Shown here piece after piece: positions 37,126 to 48,252 of a DNA stretch of 48,925 bases. The translations under genes and the position numbers were made by a program. The number at the start of each line of letters is the position of its first letter. Positions within the stretch are counted from its first letter, which is position 1. This stretch comes from Malacoraja senta (taxonomy: Eukaryota): assembly GCA_038087875.1 (NCBI GenBank), contig CM075988.1:27902001-27950925 (forward strand), written 5' to 3'. Below the pieces are notes generated by a model that did no database searches, was not told the DNA's origin, and saw only the letters and a list, made by a program, of their open reading frames with translations.

Positions 37126-38077
37126 TATTCATATGACAATAAAACACTCTTGACTCTTCAGAGGTTAAAACCCCTTTCAAATGAGTGTTTTTATCCCTTT
37201 GCCAGTAGCTTCCTTGACCATAGCTGTTTTTTTCCCATTCTAGTGATTAATGTTCTACTGTTTCATTAAATGCTATTTAATATATATTAGATAAATTTAA
37301 AATTGCTTTTATTTAATGCAGTATTGGAGAGTTATTATATGTGAACCTCTGTAATAGGAATAGTCTACTTTTTTAGATAAAAGCCTAGATTCTAACTGTC
37401 CACAAACTAACTATGGGTGTCCCATTGCGTGCGGCTATTCGGGTTCCAAATATTTATTGTTCACAGAATTTGTGAAACTGAATAAACTTTTACTCTCATG
37501 GAAAAAAAAAATCAGCACACAATTTATTTTCTGTTCAATTTGCCTTTCTCGTCACATTCTTGACAGATGATGCAGCTTGACGTTATGGCTATTTTTTGAT
37601 TCGGATTGTTTTCTTGGACACAAACCCCCCCCCCCCCCCCCATCTATATCTTCAAACTTTTAAATTGAGAATAAAATATGTGACATTGCAGCAATTTAGG
37701 AAAGGAATATTGAAATTATATTGCCAGCGTGTACAAAATAGACTGGGAGCTCTCTATTAGAAAATTCCAGAAACCAGGTAATTGCCTTATTGGGCTATTA
37801 TCGTGTTTGGGTTTGCAATGGTTAAAAGCAGGGAAGGAGGGTCTTGAAGAAATGCCATTGATGAGGCAGATTGGTTGAACTAGCATTGATGTGGACATGC
37901 AGCCATACCGGCCCAAACCGAATGATGTCACCTCCATTCATGAGGAATATGAATAATTCAACAACTGGCAGACTGCACCAAGCAGCAGCATTTTGTAAAA
38001 CAGCATGAACCGGTGTGTGCTTTGTGTGTGTGTTTGTGTGTGAGGATCAGGACTGGAAAAACAGCCAAAATATAGCA

Positions 38078-38100
38078 ATGATCGAAGAGTACCTGAGTAG
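38078..38100 (+). CDS. Candidate second alternative first coding exon of GRAMD1B, MIEEYLS(S), phase 2
   Basis: GCA-ATG ATC GAA GAG TAC CTG AGT AG then GTTGCT; same length and phase as 12241-12263 and in repeat-free sequence. The donor is weak. Confidence 0.3.
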
Positions 38101-39759
38101 GTTGCTTACATTGCCGAATTTTCTATTCAAAAACAGGCTTTGACTTCTTTAAATCAGGTCTTGAGCTGGTAGTGGAGGTGAGTATCCTCCCACCTCCTCA
38201 CAGACCCTGAATGTATGAATGAAGCTCTCGGTACTTGTCAGTGTGCTGCTGTTCTTAATGGCTTCCAGGTTAGTGTCGCTGCTTAGGCTATATTTTAACA
38301 TCTTTTTGTTGTGGAAAAGGTCCCAAAGCTTTTTTTCATTATTTAAATATTTTTCTAACAAATGGAAGACAGACCAGTTAGAATTCTTGTGTTAATTTCA
38401 GCACGAATCAATAGTAGGGCTCAAATTCTTTAAAACGGCTTGTCTGTCTAGTAGTGGTTTCTGGATTATTGCTGTCTTTTGTTTTCCAGGCATGTTTATG
38501 AAAGCGATTTAATTCTAAGGTCTTTAAGAGAGACTGGGGGAGGAGGGAAGGATTTCACTTGTAATCCTGAGGCCTAGTTACGTGGTGCATTGTTATTTTT
38601 CCTCTCGTTAAGATGTAGTGCGGTTGATTTATTCACCGTGCTATCTCTGTGTTTTCATAGAAATTAAATTGAACTCTGCACATAAAAAGAACGCTCAATT
38701 CTGAATGCGTCATACGTGGGTGCAGGGGCTGGCTGGCATCAAGGACTGGAGTTCGAACCAGTGCTGCATGCAATGCAGAGCATTGTCCATATGTCTTCCC
38801 AGTATATCATGATGTTTAATCCTAAAACACCAAATAACATCCTTTATTTAAAGTCTCAGTAAGGGTCACTGAAGAGACAGTGTGCATTGCAGTTTTGAGC
38901 TTCGTGTGGTAGTCTCTCATTTATCCTGATGCATGCAGTTAACCCTTGCTTATCTCCAAGAACACATTTTGTAGCATCCTAAGCAGATTTTGCATGCATT
39001 TATCTAAAAATTGTATTTGAGTTATTAGCATTTATTTTGTAAACACCTTAATGCATCTTGCTTATAAATAAGAAGCAAATAAATAGTTTAATGTTGTGTA
39101 GTGAAGTGTTGTGTCTTTCACTGAACCTAAAGCAGTACATTTTACAAGCCAATCTCTCTGGAGATGGCCTGTTGCATATCCAGGACCAAAATAGTAAATG
39201 CCATTGATTGGCAGCTCTCAGTTTACCAAGCAGGCTTCCACATAGAAACTTTTGCACACCTAAATGAAGGTTTCCAGCCAAAAAGCAACATTGGTGGTGA
39301 CAATCGCATGAAAGAGAGCAGGTTGTAACTGTTGCCAATCTTGATCTAGAATCCACTGCATCTTGATTTACAAATATTTAGCAATGGCATTGACCTTTCA
39401 AGGTATATGTTGTTTCTATTTGAGGAGAAAATGACAACTTATAGATACATTATAGCAGACCAGCACATTAACATGCATGGTGCATAACCTGCAATAGAGG
39501 AGTAGTGCAAAATGGGATGCAAGTAATTTGACTGTTAAATCTGCTACCTGACCGTGTCTGTCAGCTGAAAGAATTTTGCAAACTTCAGAAATGAGTCAGA
39601 TCTCCATACTACAGAAAATGGCCTGTGCAAACATAGTGGTGTTTTTATGTAGGAAGATATGGGAATACTCTGAAGATATGATGGTAACCGTAGCTGTGAA
39701 TTATTAAAACTTAACATGTTGATTATGTTTGACATTTCATTTGCACTACACCAGCTTTA

Positions 39760-40164
39760 AGGACCTGTCCCACTTAGGCGATTTTTTAGCCGTCTGCTGC
39801 CGGATACTAGGCTATCGCTGGGGTGTCGCCTGTACGGTCGTGAGTTATCTCCTCATTCGCCCAAATAGTCGTAGCGTTTTTCTGGTTGCCGCTGGATTTT
39901 GAAATGTTCAAAACTTTTCGGTGACAGTCAGCGACGGTAGGCTTGTCGTAGCTTGTCTTCTCCTGACGTAGGTTGTCGCCAGGATGACGTAGTTGTAGCC
40001 AGGATGTCGTAGGTTGTCACCAGTGCTGACTTTGGTGAATTCCATTGTCGTAGTTGCCGGCAGTCGCCTAAGTGGGACAGGCCCATTAGTCTAGTCGCCG
40101 TTTTGTCGCCGACCTGCTACGACTATGACAGTCGCCTAAAAAATCACCTAGTGGGACAGGCCCT
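39760..40164. mobile_element. PIF/Harbinger-type MITE with TTA target duplication and an extra internal TIR
   Basis: TTA-AGGACCTGTCCCACTTAGGCGATTTTT ... AAAAATCACCTAGTGGGACAGGCCCT-TTA; second right-end TIR at about 40064-40085. Confidence 0.8.
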
Positions 40165-40959
40165 TTAAGACATGGTGAAATTAAGATGGCAACTGTCTTA
40201 AATTAAAGCCATTTTAAAAATGTTTATTCCTTGGTAGTTTTTTGCAATCCGATTCTTCACTGGTAATTTTTCTGTACAAAAGTATTGCCATTGGTTAACC
40301 TGTTAAATACATTTAAATTGTGCATTGCATTTATATACCTTAAATGTGCTGACACATCTGATATGTTTTTCTCATTTTATGTACATGATACTACTAACGT
40401 TTGGGTATAAACCAGGTACAGGGCTGTTGATTATACAGTTTAGAAGCAGTTTCATTTACAAATGTTTGCCCATGCAACATGTATCATAGTAAGATGTTTA
40501 TATTATATTTCTAAACTCAGGCTTTTGTTTTACTTTATGATATTTGGAAAATTATGTCAATTTAGGTCACAAGTTGACAGAAAATATGATAGTCTCCCTA
40601 GTTCACAGAATATAAAGAAGTAGACATGAAATGTCCTGAAACTCATTGCTATTTATTTAACGAGAATATTGATGTTCCACAAGCCAAGGGTGGCTCAATT
40701 TTCCATTTGTCGTCTCCAGTCTTAATTGCTTTCTTCTGGAGTAGAAATTCCAATATTGTTATCAACAAAATACTTCAGAAATTTCTGTTTCTTCAAGAAG
40801 TTATTGCAGATGAGCAGTATTTTAGTGTTTAATGGCAAACTTTACTGTCAGTTATTTTTATCTGCAACTATATTTTAGAGTTTTGGACTTAAGATGGATA
40901 TCAGCGTAGCCAAATGAAATTCCTTCCATCTCAGGTGTCAGGTTTAGTTCAAAATATTA

Positions 40960-41375
40960 AGTAAAGGAGCAGAATTGGGCCATACAGCCCATCAAGTCTA
41001 CTCCACCATTCAATCATGGCTGATCTATCTCTCCCTTCTAACCCCATTCTCCTGCCTTCTCCCCATAACCCGTGACACCTATATTAATCACGAATCTAAC
41101 TAACTATGCTTCAAAAATATCCATTGATGTTTGTCCTCCACTGCCTTCTGTGGCAAAGGATTTCACAGATTCACCACCCTCTGATTAAAGAAATTACTTC
41201 TCATCTATTTCCTAAAGGAACATCCTTTAATTCTGAGGCTATGACCTCTAGTCCTAGACTCACCCACCAGTGGAAACATCCTCTCCACATCCACTCTATC
41301 CAAACCTTTCACTATTCGGTACGTTTCAATGAGGTCCCCCCTCATTCTTCTAAACTCCAGTGAGTACAGGCCCAG
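40960..41375 (-). mobile_element. CR1 LINE 3' end
   Basis: CTCCACCATTCAATCATGGCTGATCT...CCTCTAGTCCTAGACTC...TTCTAAACTCCAG; reverse complement gives ESRTRGHSL-type coding. Confidence 0.85.
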
Positions 41376-41384
41376 TGGAATTAC

Positions 41385-41760
41385 ATTACATTACTGGTCG
41401 GTTATCCTTGGTTCTGAAAACTACTGCTTACATTTTTTCCCCCCCTATGAAGCAATAAAATTCACCGGTCAGCACCGGATACAACCTCCGAGAACCTCCG
41501 AGAACCTTCGACCTCCTGGCAACCCATTAAAACCTCCTGGTGACCCACCTATAGCATGAGAATTCTCGCTACTCTCCATGACGGCTTCATTCTAGTCGCC
41601 GCTAATTTTTCAACATGTTGAAAAATTTGTTGCGACCATAATGAGGCCACTACTAGTTCCCAGATTGCGGGAACTTCTTACGACCATGAAGGCGACTCCC
41701 CGGCGACTACTGCATAGTCTCCTGCAGTCGCCTAAAAAGTCACCTAAGTGGGACAGGCCA
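41385..41760 (-). mobile_element. Harbinger-type MITE half copy
   Basis: Homologous to 32915-33247; ends CACCTAAGTGGGACAGGCCA. Confidence 0.75.
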
Positions 41761-41775
41761 TAGCCTCTCCACTAA

Positions 41776-41932
41776 AGGGCCTGTCCCACTTGGGCGATCT
41801 AATCCGCGAGTCCAGAAGAGTGCCTTTGACCTTCAAGCTCGAGGGCACTCTCCTGGAAAGCCTCGAGCTGGATCGACCGGCAGCGTTGAAACCGCGAGCT
41901 GCAACTACCGACCGCGCGCGCGCGCACGCGCG

Positions 41933-42010
<78 letters not shown>

Positions 42011-42041
42011 ACACACACACACCCACACACACACCCACACA

Positions 42042-42088
<47 letters not shown>

Positions 42089-42609
42089 AGAAGATAATAA
42101 AAAGGTGGGGGCCAGGGAAAGTGGAGGAGCGCTGTCTGCGCGATGAAAAGGAAGGTAAACGCTTGCCACAGAGTACCGTAAGTCCTTTAGAGAGGGGGGG
42201 AGGAGAGAAGACACTTTTAAGAAGTTTAATAAAGTTAGCGGGCATTTTACCTACCAGTAGGTCTTCCTTGGTCGTGAAACTCCAATGACCCAATCAAAAT
42301 GCACGGTCAGCGAAGGAGATTGCCTATGGCTGCCCTCGACTGCTTGTAAGTAAATAGGCACTCCACTGCACTACGAATGAAAAAGACCCATGCTGACCAA
42401 ATTTTACTTGCGGAGAAATTTTCAATACACTAAACAAAATTCCGCGACCTAGCTGAGCTGAGTAGGCGGGAACCTCCCTCGAGCATGAAGGAGAGTTCCA
42501 GCCACCTCATACAACCTCCTAGGACCTCGTGTCGACCATGCTGCGAGTTTGAGTCCAGGGCAAACTCTTCTAAACTAGCAGCTTAGGTCGCCCAAGTGGG
42601 ACAGCCCCT
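41776..42609. mobile_element. PIF/Harbinger-type MITE, second subfamily, complete
   Basis: TIRs AGGGCCTGTCCCACTTGGGCGA / TCGCCCAAGTGGGACAGCCCCT; flanks TAA / TTA. Confidence 0.8.
41934..42083. repeat. (CA)n microsatellite, about 150 bp, preceded by a (CG)n run
   Basis: Seen directly, inside the 41776 MITE. Confidence 0.95.
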
Positions 42610-42691
42610 TTACTTTCATCCCCTGACTCCTGAATTTCAGGCACATTGTTGATGTCTTCCACCATGAAGACTGATGCAAAAAAAAAAAGCT

Positions 42692-43032
42692 TTGGCAGCT
42701 TACAACCCATTGGTATTAATATTGATTTATCTAACTTCAAGTAACCTCTGCACTCCCTCTCTCTCTCCATTCCCCCCCCCCCTCCATCCCCATCCAAGTC
42801 ACACCAGGTTCTCACCTAGCAAACAGCTAACAATGGCCTGTTTCCATAATCATTGTTACTTTTTTGCACGTCTTTCATTAATTTGTTCCATACCTCTCTG
42901 CATCACAGTTTATATCACTCGTATCCCTTTCCCCTGACTAGCCTGAAGAAGGGTCTTAACCTGAAACATCACCCAATCCTTCTCTCCGGAGATGCTTCCT
43001 GTCCCATTAAGTTACTCTAGCATTTTGTGTCT
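42692..43032 (+). mobile_element. Penelope-like retroelement 3' end
   Basis: GSLQPIGINIDLSNFK* at 42694-42744, then UTR, CTGAAGAAGGG...GAAACATC and the terminal repeat. Confidence 0.8.
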
Positions 43033-43377
43033 TTTGTGCAGATTTATTTACCTGTTTCCGGAACTGAGGGTGTTCAGATCTCCCGAAGACTGGAGATCAA
43101 CAACCATGAGAAAGTTTGAGTCTATATCAGTGTTGTTGCATTAATAAAGAATTATAAAGAAATCTCAAATTTTTGGTAACTTCTAACATCCCCCCTCCCC
43201 CTCCCCTTTTTACTCCACACTCCCCCTTCCTTCCCCCACCTCACCCTCCCTCGTGCCCCACTTGGGCTCACACCTACTTCTCTCTTCCCCGATCACTTCT
43301 ATTTCTTTCTCTGGCTTCAAAATTTGTCACTTTTAAAATGATAGGATGACGCTGACTAATGTCTTTTCGTGCTGTCC

Positions 43378-43673
43378 GTTTAGTTTAGCGATACAGGGCG
43401 GAAACAGGCCCTTCGGCCCACCGTGTCCGCACTGACCATTGATCCCTGCACATCAACACTATCCTACACTAGGGACAATTTACACTTACGAAGCCAATAA
43501 ACCTACAAACGTGTAAGTCTTTGGAGTGTGGGAGAAACCGAAGATCTTGGAGAAAACCCAAGCGGTCACGGAGAGAACATACAAACTCTGTACAGACAGC
43601 ACCCGTAGTCGGCATTGATCCCGGGTCACTGATGCTGCAAGTGCTGTAAGGCAGCAACTCTACCGCTGCACCA
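43378..43673 (-). mobile_element. HE1-like V-SINE, apparently nested in a Penelope-like 3' UTR (about 43160-43910)
   Basis: Full SINE on the minus strand; PLE-like pyrimidine-rich UTR on both sides and CAGTCTGAAGAAGG at about 43790. Confidence 0.8.
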
Positions 43674-44382
43674 CACCTTCTGCTCTAATCTAGCCTTTGT
43701 TCCAACCATCTGCCCTTCAAACCCACCCCCCCCCCCCCGCTTGTGTCCAACTATGACCTACGATGCTTTGTCCTGCCTCTTCCTCTCATCAGTCTGAAGA
43801 AGGATCCCAACCCAAAACATCACCTATGTATGTTCTCCAGAGATACTGCCTGTCCTACCTATGTACCATAATTTTATATACTACTATGATTTATGCCAAC
43901 ACTTTGTGTCAAATATGACAGTTAGTTGCATTCTCCATATTAAATTTGAGAGTTGCGTCATTTTCTTTTTTTAGATCAACCACTCCAATTTATTTGAGAG
44001 CAATGATTTATGTTGAATTATTTTATATTTAGGCCATATTTGTTAAACCGTGCTAAATCCAATCAGCTCCATCTTTGACATGCTGCTATTCTATAATTTG
44101 TTATAGAAAAAAAATCTATATATTTTTTGTCTACAAATCTACATTTAGATTTATATAAGGGCAGCACATTAGCTGCTGCCTTGCTGCGCCAGAGACCCAG
44201 GTTCAATCCGGACTTTAGATACTGACTGTGTAGAGTTTGCTTGTGCTCCCTGTGACCACATTGGTTTCTTCCCAGATCCACAAAGATGTGTGAGTTGGTA
44301 CTGTAAACTTCTGCTTGTGTGTAGGTGATTGGCAGAATCTAGTTGGGAGGTGGGTCCCAGTTGACAAGAAAGTGGGTGTTCA

Positions 44383-44687
44383 CGATGACGCAGCGGTAGA
44401 GTTGCTTGCTACCTTACAGCGAATACAGCGCCGGAGACCCAGGTTCGATCCTGACTACAGGTGCGGTCTGTACGGAGTTTGTACGTTCTCCCCGTGACCT
44501 GCGTGAGTTTTCTCCGAGATCTTCTGTTTCCTCCCACACTCCAAAGACGTACAGGTATGTATGTTAATTGGCTTGGTAAATGTAAAAAATGTCCCTAGAG
44601 TGTGCAGGGTAGTGTTAACGTGCGGTGATCACTGGTCGGCATGTGCCGAAGGGCCTGTTTCGGCGCTGTATCTCTAAACTAAACTAA
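44383..44687 (+). mobile_element. HE1-like V-SINE inserted into an older SINE copy (about 44160-44745)
   Basis: GCAGCGGTAGAGTTGC, GGTTCGATCC, V-domain, tail CTCTAAACTAAACTAA; older head with GGTTCAATCC at about 44200. Confidence 0.85.
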
Positions 44688-45104
44688 TAGCATGGGATCA
44701 CTGAAGGTTTTGTGTAAATGGGAGATACATGCTTTGTTTGGACTTGGTATCACAGATTGTAGTTTTCATAAAATTCAGATACGAGATGGCAGTACATAAC
44801 ATGTTTCAGCTACTAAAGTCATAGAGGAAGCAGGACCTTCAGCCCAACCTGTCTATGCCGACTAAGATGCCCGCCAATGCGAGTCTGATTTGTCTGCATT
44901 TGACATATAGTTGACGAGGTGAAATTATTCCCACCGTACTAATTAATAAAGGCACAGCAGCATAACAGAATAACTGAGCATCTAAATATCAGGACCTATC
45001 GTCAACGGCCTTGATGACATTTTTGAATGTAGAAACAGAACCCTTTGCCTCAAAGAGTACAGTTAAAGTAGATAGCAATTTAAAGCAAATAAAGGAAGAA
45101 ATAC

Positions 45105-45395
45105 AAGAAGGCATAGTTTTAAGGTGAAAGGAACAAAGTTTAAAGGAGTTGTACGGGGCAAGTTTTTTATAAAGAGGGTGGTGAGTGCCTGGAATGCACA
45201 GCCAGGGTCGGTAGTTAAAACATTTACAATGGTGACATTTAATAGGCTTTTGGATAGGCATATGGATATGCAGGGAATGGAGGGATATGGATTCTGTTCC
45301 GGCAGATGAGAGTTGGCTATGGCATCATGTTCAGCACAGACATTGTGGGCTATGAGGCCTGTTCATGTGCTGTGCTGTTCCATGGCCTATGTTAA
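45105..45395 (+). mobile_element. CR1 LINE 3' end
   Basis: ORF 45124-45309 KGTKFKGVVRGKFFIKRVVSAWNAQP...LDRHMD...EGYG. Confidence 0.85.
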
Positions 45396-45490
45396 ATAAC
45401 CTAAAAATTTTAAATTAAAAAAAAAAAGCAAAGGCCAATTTAGTATATGCCAGAGTGACATGTCAGAGTGAACAGTGACATGTTACTGTT

Positions 45491-45704
45491 TAAAATGGAA
45501 CTGCAGATGCTGGAAAATCAAAGGTAGACAAAAATGCTGTGAGTAACTCAGCGGGTGAGGCAGCATCTATGGAGCGAAGGAAATAGGCAACGTTTCGGGT
45601 CGAGACCCTTCTTCAGACTGATGTGACTCACATCAGTCTGAAGAAGGGTCTCGACCCGAAACGTTGCCTATTTCCCTCGCTCCATAGATGCTGCCTCACC
45701 CGCT
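45491..45704. mobile_element. Fold-back Penelope-like fragment forming a 155-bp palindrome
   Basis: Arms 45550-45626 and 45628-45704 with 1 mismatch; flanking duplication CAGTGACATGTT(A/C)CTGTT. Confidence 0.9.
45638..45665 (+). ncRNA. Minimal type I hammerhead ribozyme motif (PLE-associated)
   Basis: CUGAAGA, extra A, stem II GGGU-CUCG-ACCC, GAAA, palindromic mini stem III ACGU, then H; stem I pairing is weak. Confidence 0.5.
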
Positions 45705-47601
45705 CAGTGACATGTTCCTGTTCCTTTTCAGAGCCTCTAAAATAGAATGACATATCCAGACCAATAAGCACATCCTTACCATTTAAATTGTGTCGTGAAA
45801 TGTATTTGTATTAACAGTAGAACTCAAACAATTGTATGGCCTCTCCAGTAATTTGTGGTAAAACAGAACGTGTGGCATACTTGTATTTCCTCTCAAATCG
45901 CCAGGTTTTTAATAGGCTAATAATGGTGGGTGTTTTTGGATCCATTGTTGTTTTCTAATAATTTTTTGGATAAAAGGTGCTTATGATATTAGTCTTGATG
46001 TCTGAAAAATGTCTTTAACATTGAATGCATACCTGAAATTTCAAATGGTTAATACTGATTCGAATTGAATAAATCTGAGAAAACAACCAATTGCATCTAT
46101 ACACAAAAAGCAATTACAATATACCTAGATTTAAATAAAACGTATATAAGCCTTGATCTTACAATGTCCCAAAATTCATACACCCACTGTCATACCATCA
46201 TGTTGTATTGCAGGAAAGAATAAAGATATTATGACATTTGCCAGGCAGTAAAAAAGATTTTTTAGGCTCATGTTTAAAGCTTATATTAATGCTGCAGACT
46301 TTGCATTGATCAGATTATTTGCAGCTCAATTTCAGATGTATATATGTTGCTAAAATTGTATGTGAATAACCATCTAAACACTTGGCTTTGATAGATTGTA
46401 TTATGAAATATACTATCATGTTCAAGCTGAACATTCAACAAACATCTACTGATGTGAACATAATGAATAGTAGGAATAGGCGATTTGGCACTTCATGGCT
46501 TCTCTACCATTCATCAAGTACACAACGAGTTTTGTACCTCAGGACCATTTTACTGCACTGTCCCTATTTCACTTAATTCTCTTTATTTCCAGAAATCTAT
46601 CAGTCACTGTTGTGAATTAACTTAATGACTGAGCCTCCACTTGGAACCATGAAATTTGGATTCTGAAATCCTAGACATAGCTGAATCCTTGAAATAGGAC
46701 GTTGAGAGCTGATGGCCACAAATTGCCAACATGAGAAAGATCCATAATTCATTTTTTGCTTTCAGCCCAAAAAACAATGTCAGTGTTGCCCGTGGCTCCA
46801 ACTTTGTTGATTGACCTCATCCTTATCAAAAGCCTTCTGAAAATATAAACCATATAACCATACTCACTGGTTGCTTGTTATCAGTTCCACTGCTGATATC
46901 CTCAAAAACCTATGTCACATGTCTTTTTTCCCATTCCTTCATGATGTCTCTGCTCAATCGTATTATGTTTTTTAAGCTGTTCTTTTGTTATATTACACAT
47001 GATAGTGTCCAGCATTTTCCCTACCATGCTAAGTCAGTAGTTCCCAGATTTCTTTCTCATTTCTTCCTGAAATAATGGAGTCACATTTACTATCCCTCAG
47101 TAGGATAAATCTAGAAAAGGATGATATTTAAAGTATCCATTATCTCCATAGCATTCTCTTTGAAAGAGGTCACAGCAGAGATGGTAAATGCTCAGGTTGT
47201 CGTTTGGGATATAGATCATTGGATTCTTTGGATTTATTTGCAAATGTTATCTCAAACATCTATCAGGGGCTGTATGCAAGAAATGGCAAAATTTGAAAAA
47301 TAATATTGATTCATCTTTCTTGGCATGACATGCCATCTTGTGGCCACATGGTTTTTAGATGAAGCAGGATAAATGACGAAGAAAATACTGTTCAATGGAT
47401 ATGATAACATAAATGGATTCAATTAATATATCTGCTATTCTTATATTTAAAATATATAAACGTTGAAGTACATGTTCAAAATCATTAGTCTACATAAATT
47501 TATTATATTCTATTTGCATCATCCACAAAGAGAACATAAACACAGAGCAACAATTTTACAAATGGGTTTCCTTGAAAAAAAGTTGTAAGAAATTAGAGGT
47601 A

Positions 47602-47917
47602 CAGTGCATTCAGAAAGTATTCAGACCCCTTCACTTTTTCCACATTTTGTTACGTTACAGCCTTATTCTAAAATGGATTAAATTCATTTATTTCATCATC
47701 AATCTACGCACAATACCTCATAATATAAAAACAAAAACAGGTGTTTTTATTTTTAATTACTTTGCAAAAATTTCTAACCTGTTTTTGCTTTTTTATTATG
47801 GGGTATTGTGTATAGATTGATGATTAAAAAAATGAATTTAATCCATTTTAGAATAAGGCTGTAATATAACAAAATGTGGAAAAAGTGAAGGGGTCTGAAT
47901 ACTTTCGGAATGCATTG
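47602..47917. mobile_element. Tc1/mariner-derived fold-back MITE
   Basis: TA-CAGTGCATTCAGAAAGTATTCAGACCCCTTCAC ... GTGAAGGGGTCTGAATACTTTCGGAATGCATTG-TA; inverted arms about 140 bp. Confidence 0.9.
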
Positions 47918-48252
47918 TATAACAATCAATAGGAAATCAAGTTTTATAAATCAGAAATGTGTGAAAATTTAAAGGGCTGGTCTTACTTGAGTAGTAAAGT
48001 GGTGGTAGTCTGATTTGACCTCAAAGAACCCGAGTTTAGTTTATTATTTTCACATGTACCGAAGTACAGTTAAAACTTTGTTTTGCATGCTATCCAAATA
48101 GATGAGATATCAAGTCAAACTCAAGTACAATAGATAGCGCATGTGAAGATACAGACTTCAAAATATAGTTCATAGCATTGAAACGCATCAGTTCCAGAGA
48201 CATCATCTATTGCCCACAATGGGATATAGGTAAATTGCTCGGTGGCCTTGTA

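Noticed and set aside
39382..39410. ATGGCATTGACCTTTCAAG|GTATAT as another micro first exon
   Set aside because: Phase 1, incompatible with the phase-2 junction, and the donor is weak.
39940..40070. Short regularly spaced repeats resembling a CRISPR array
   Set aside because: Degenerate sub-repeats inside a MITE; no unique spacers, no cas genes, eukaryotic context.
41744..42293. ORFs with HT/CV repeats
   Set aside because: Translations of the (CA)n microsatellite inside a MITE.
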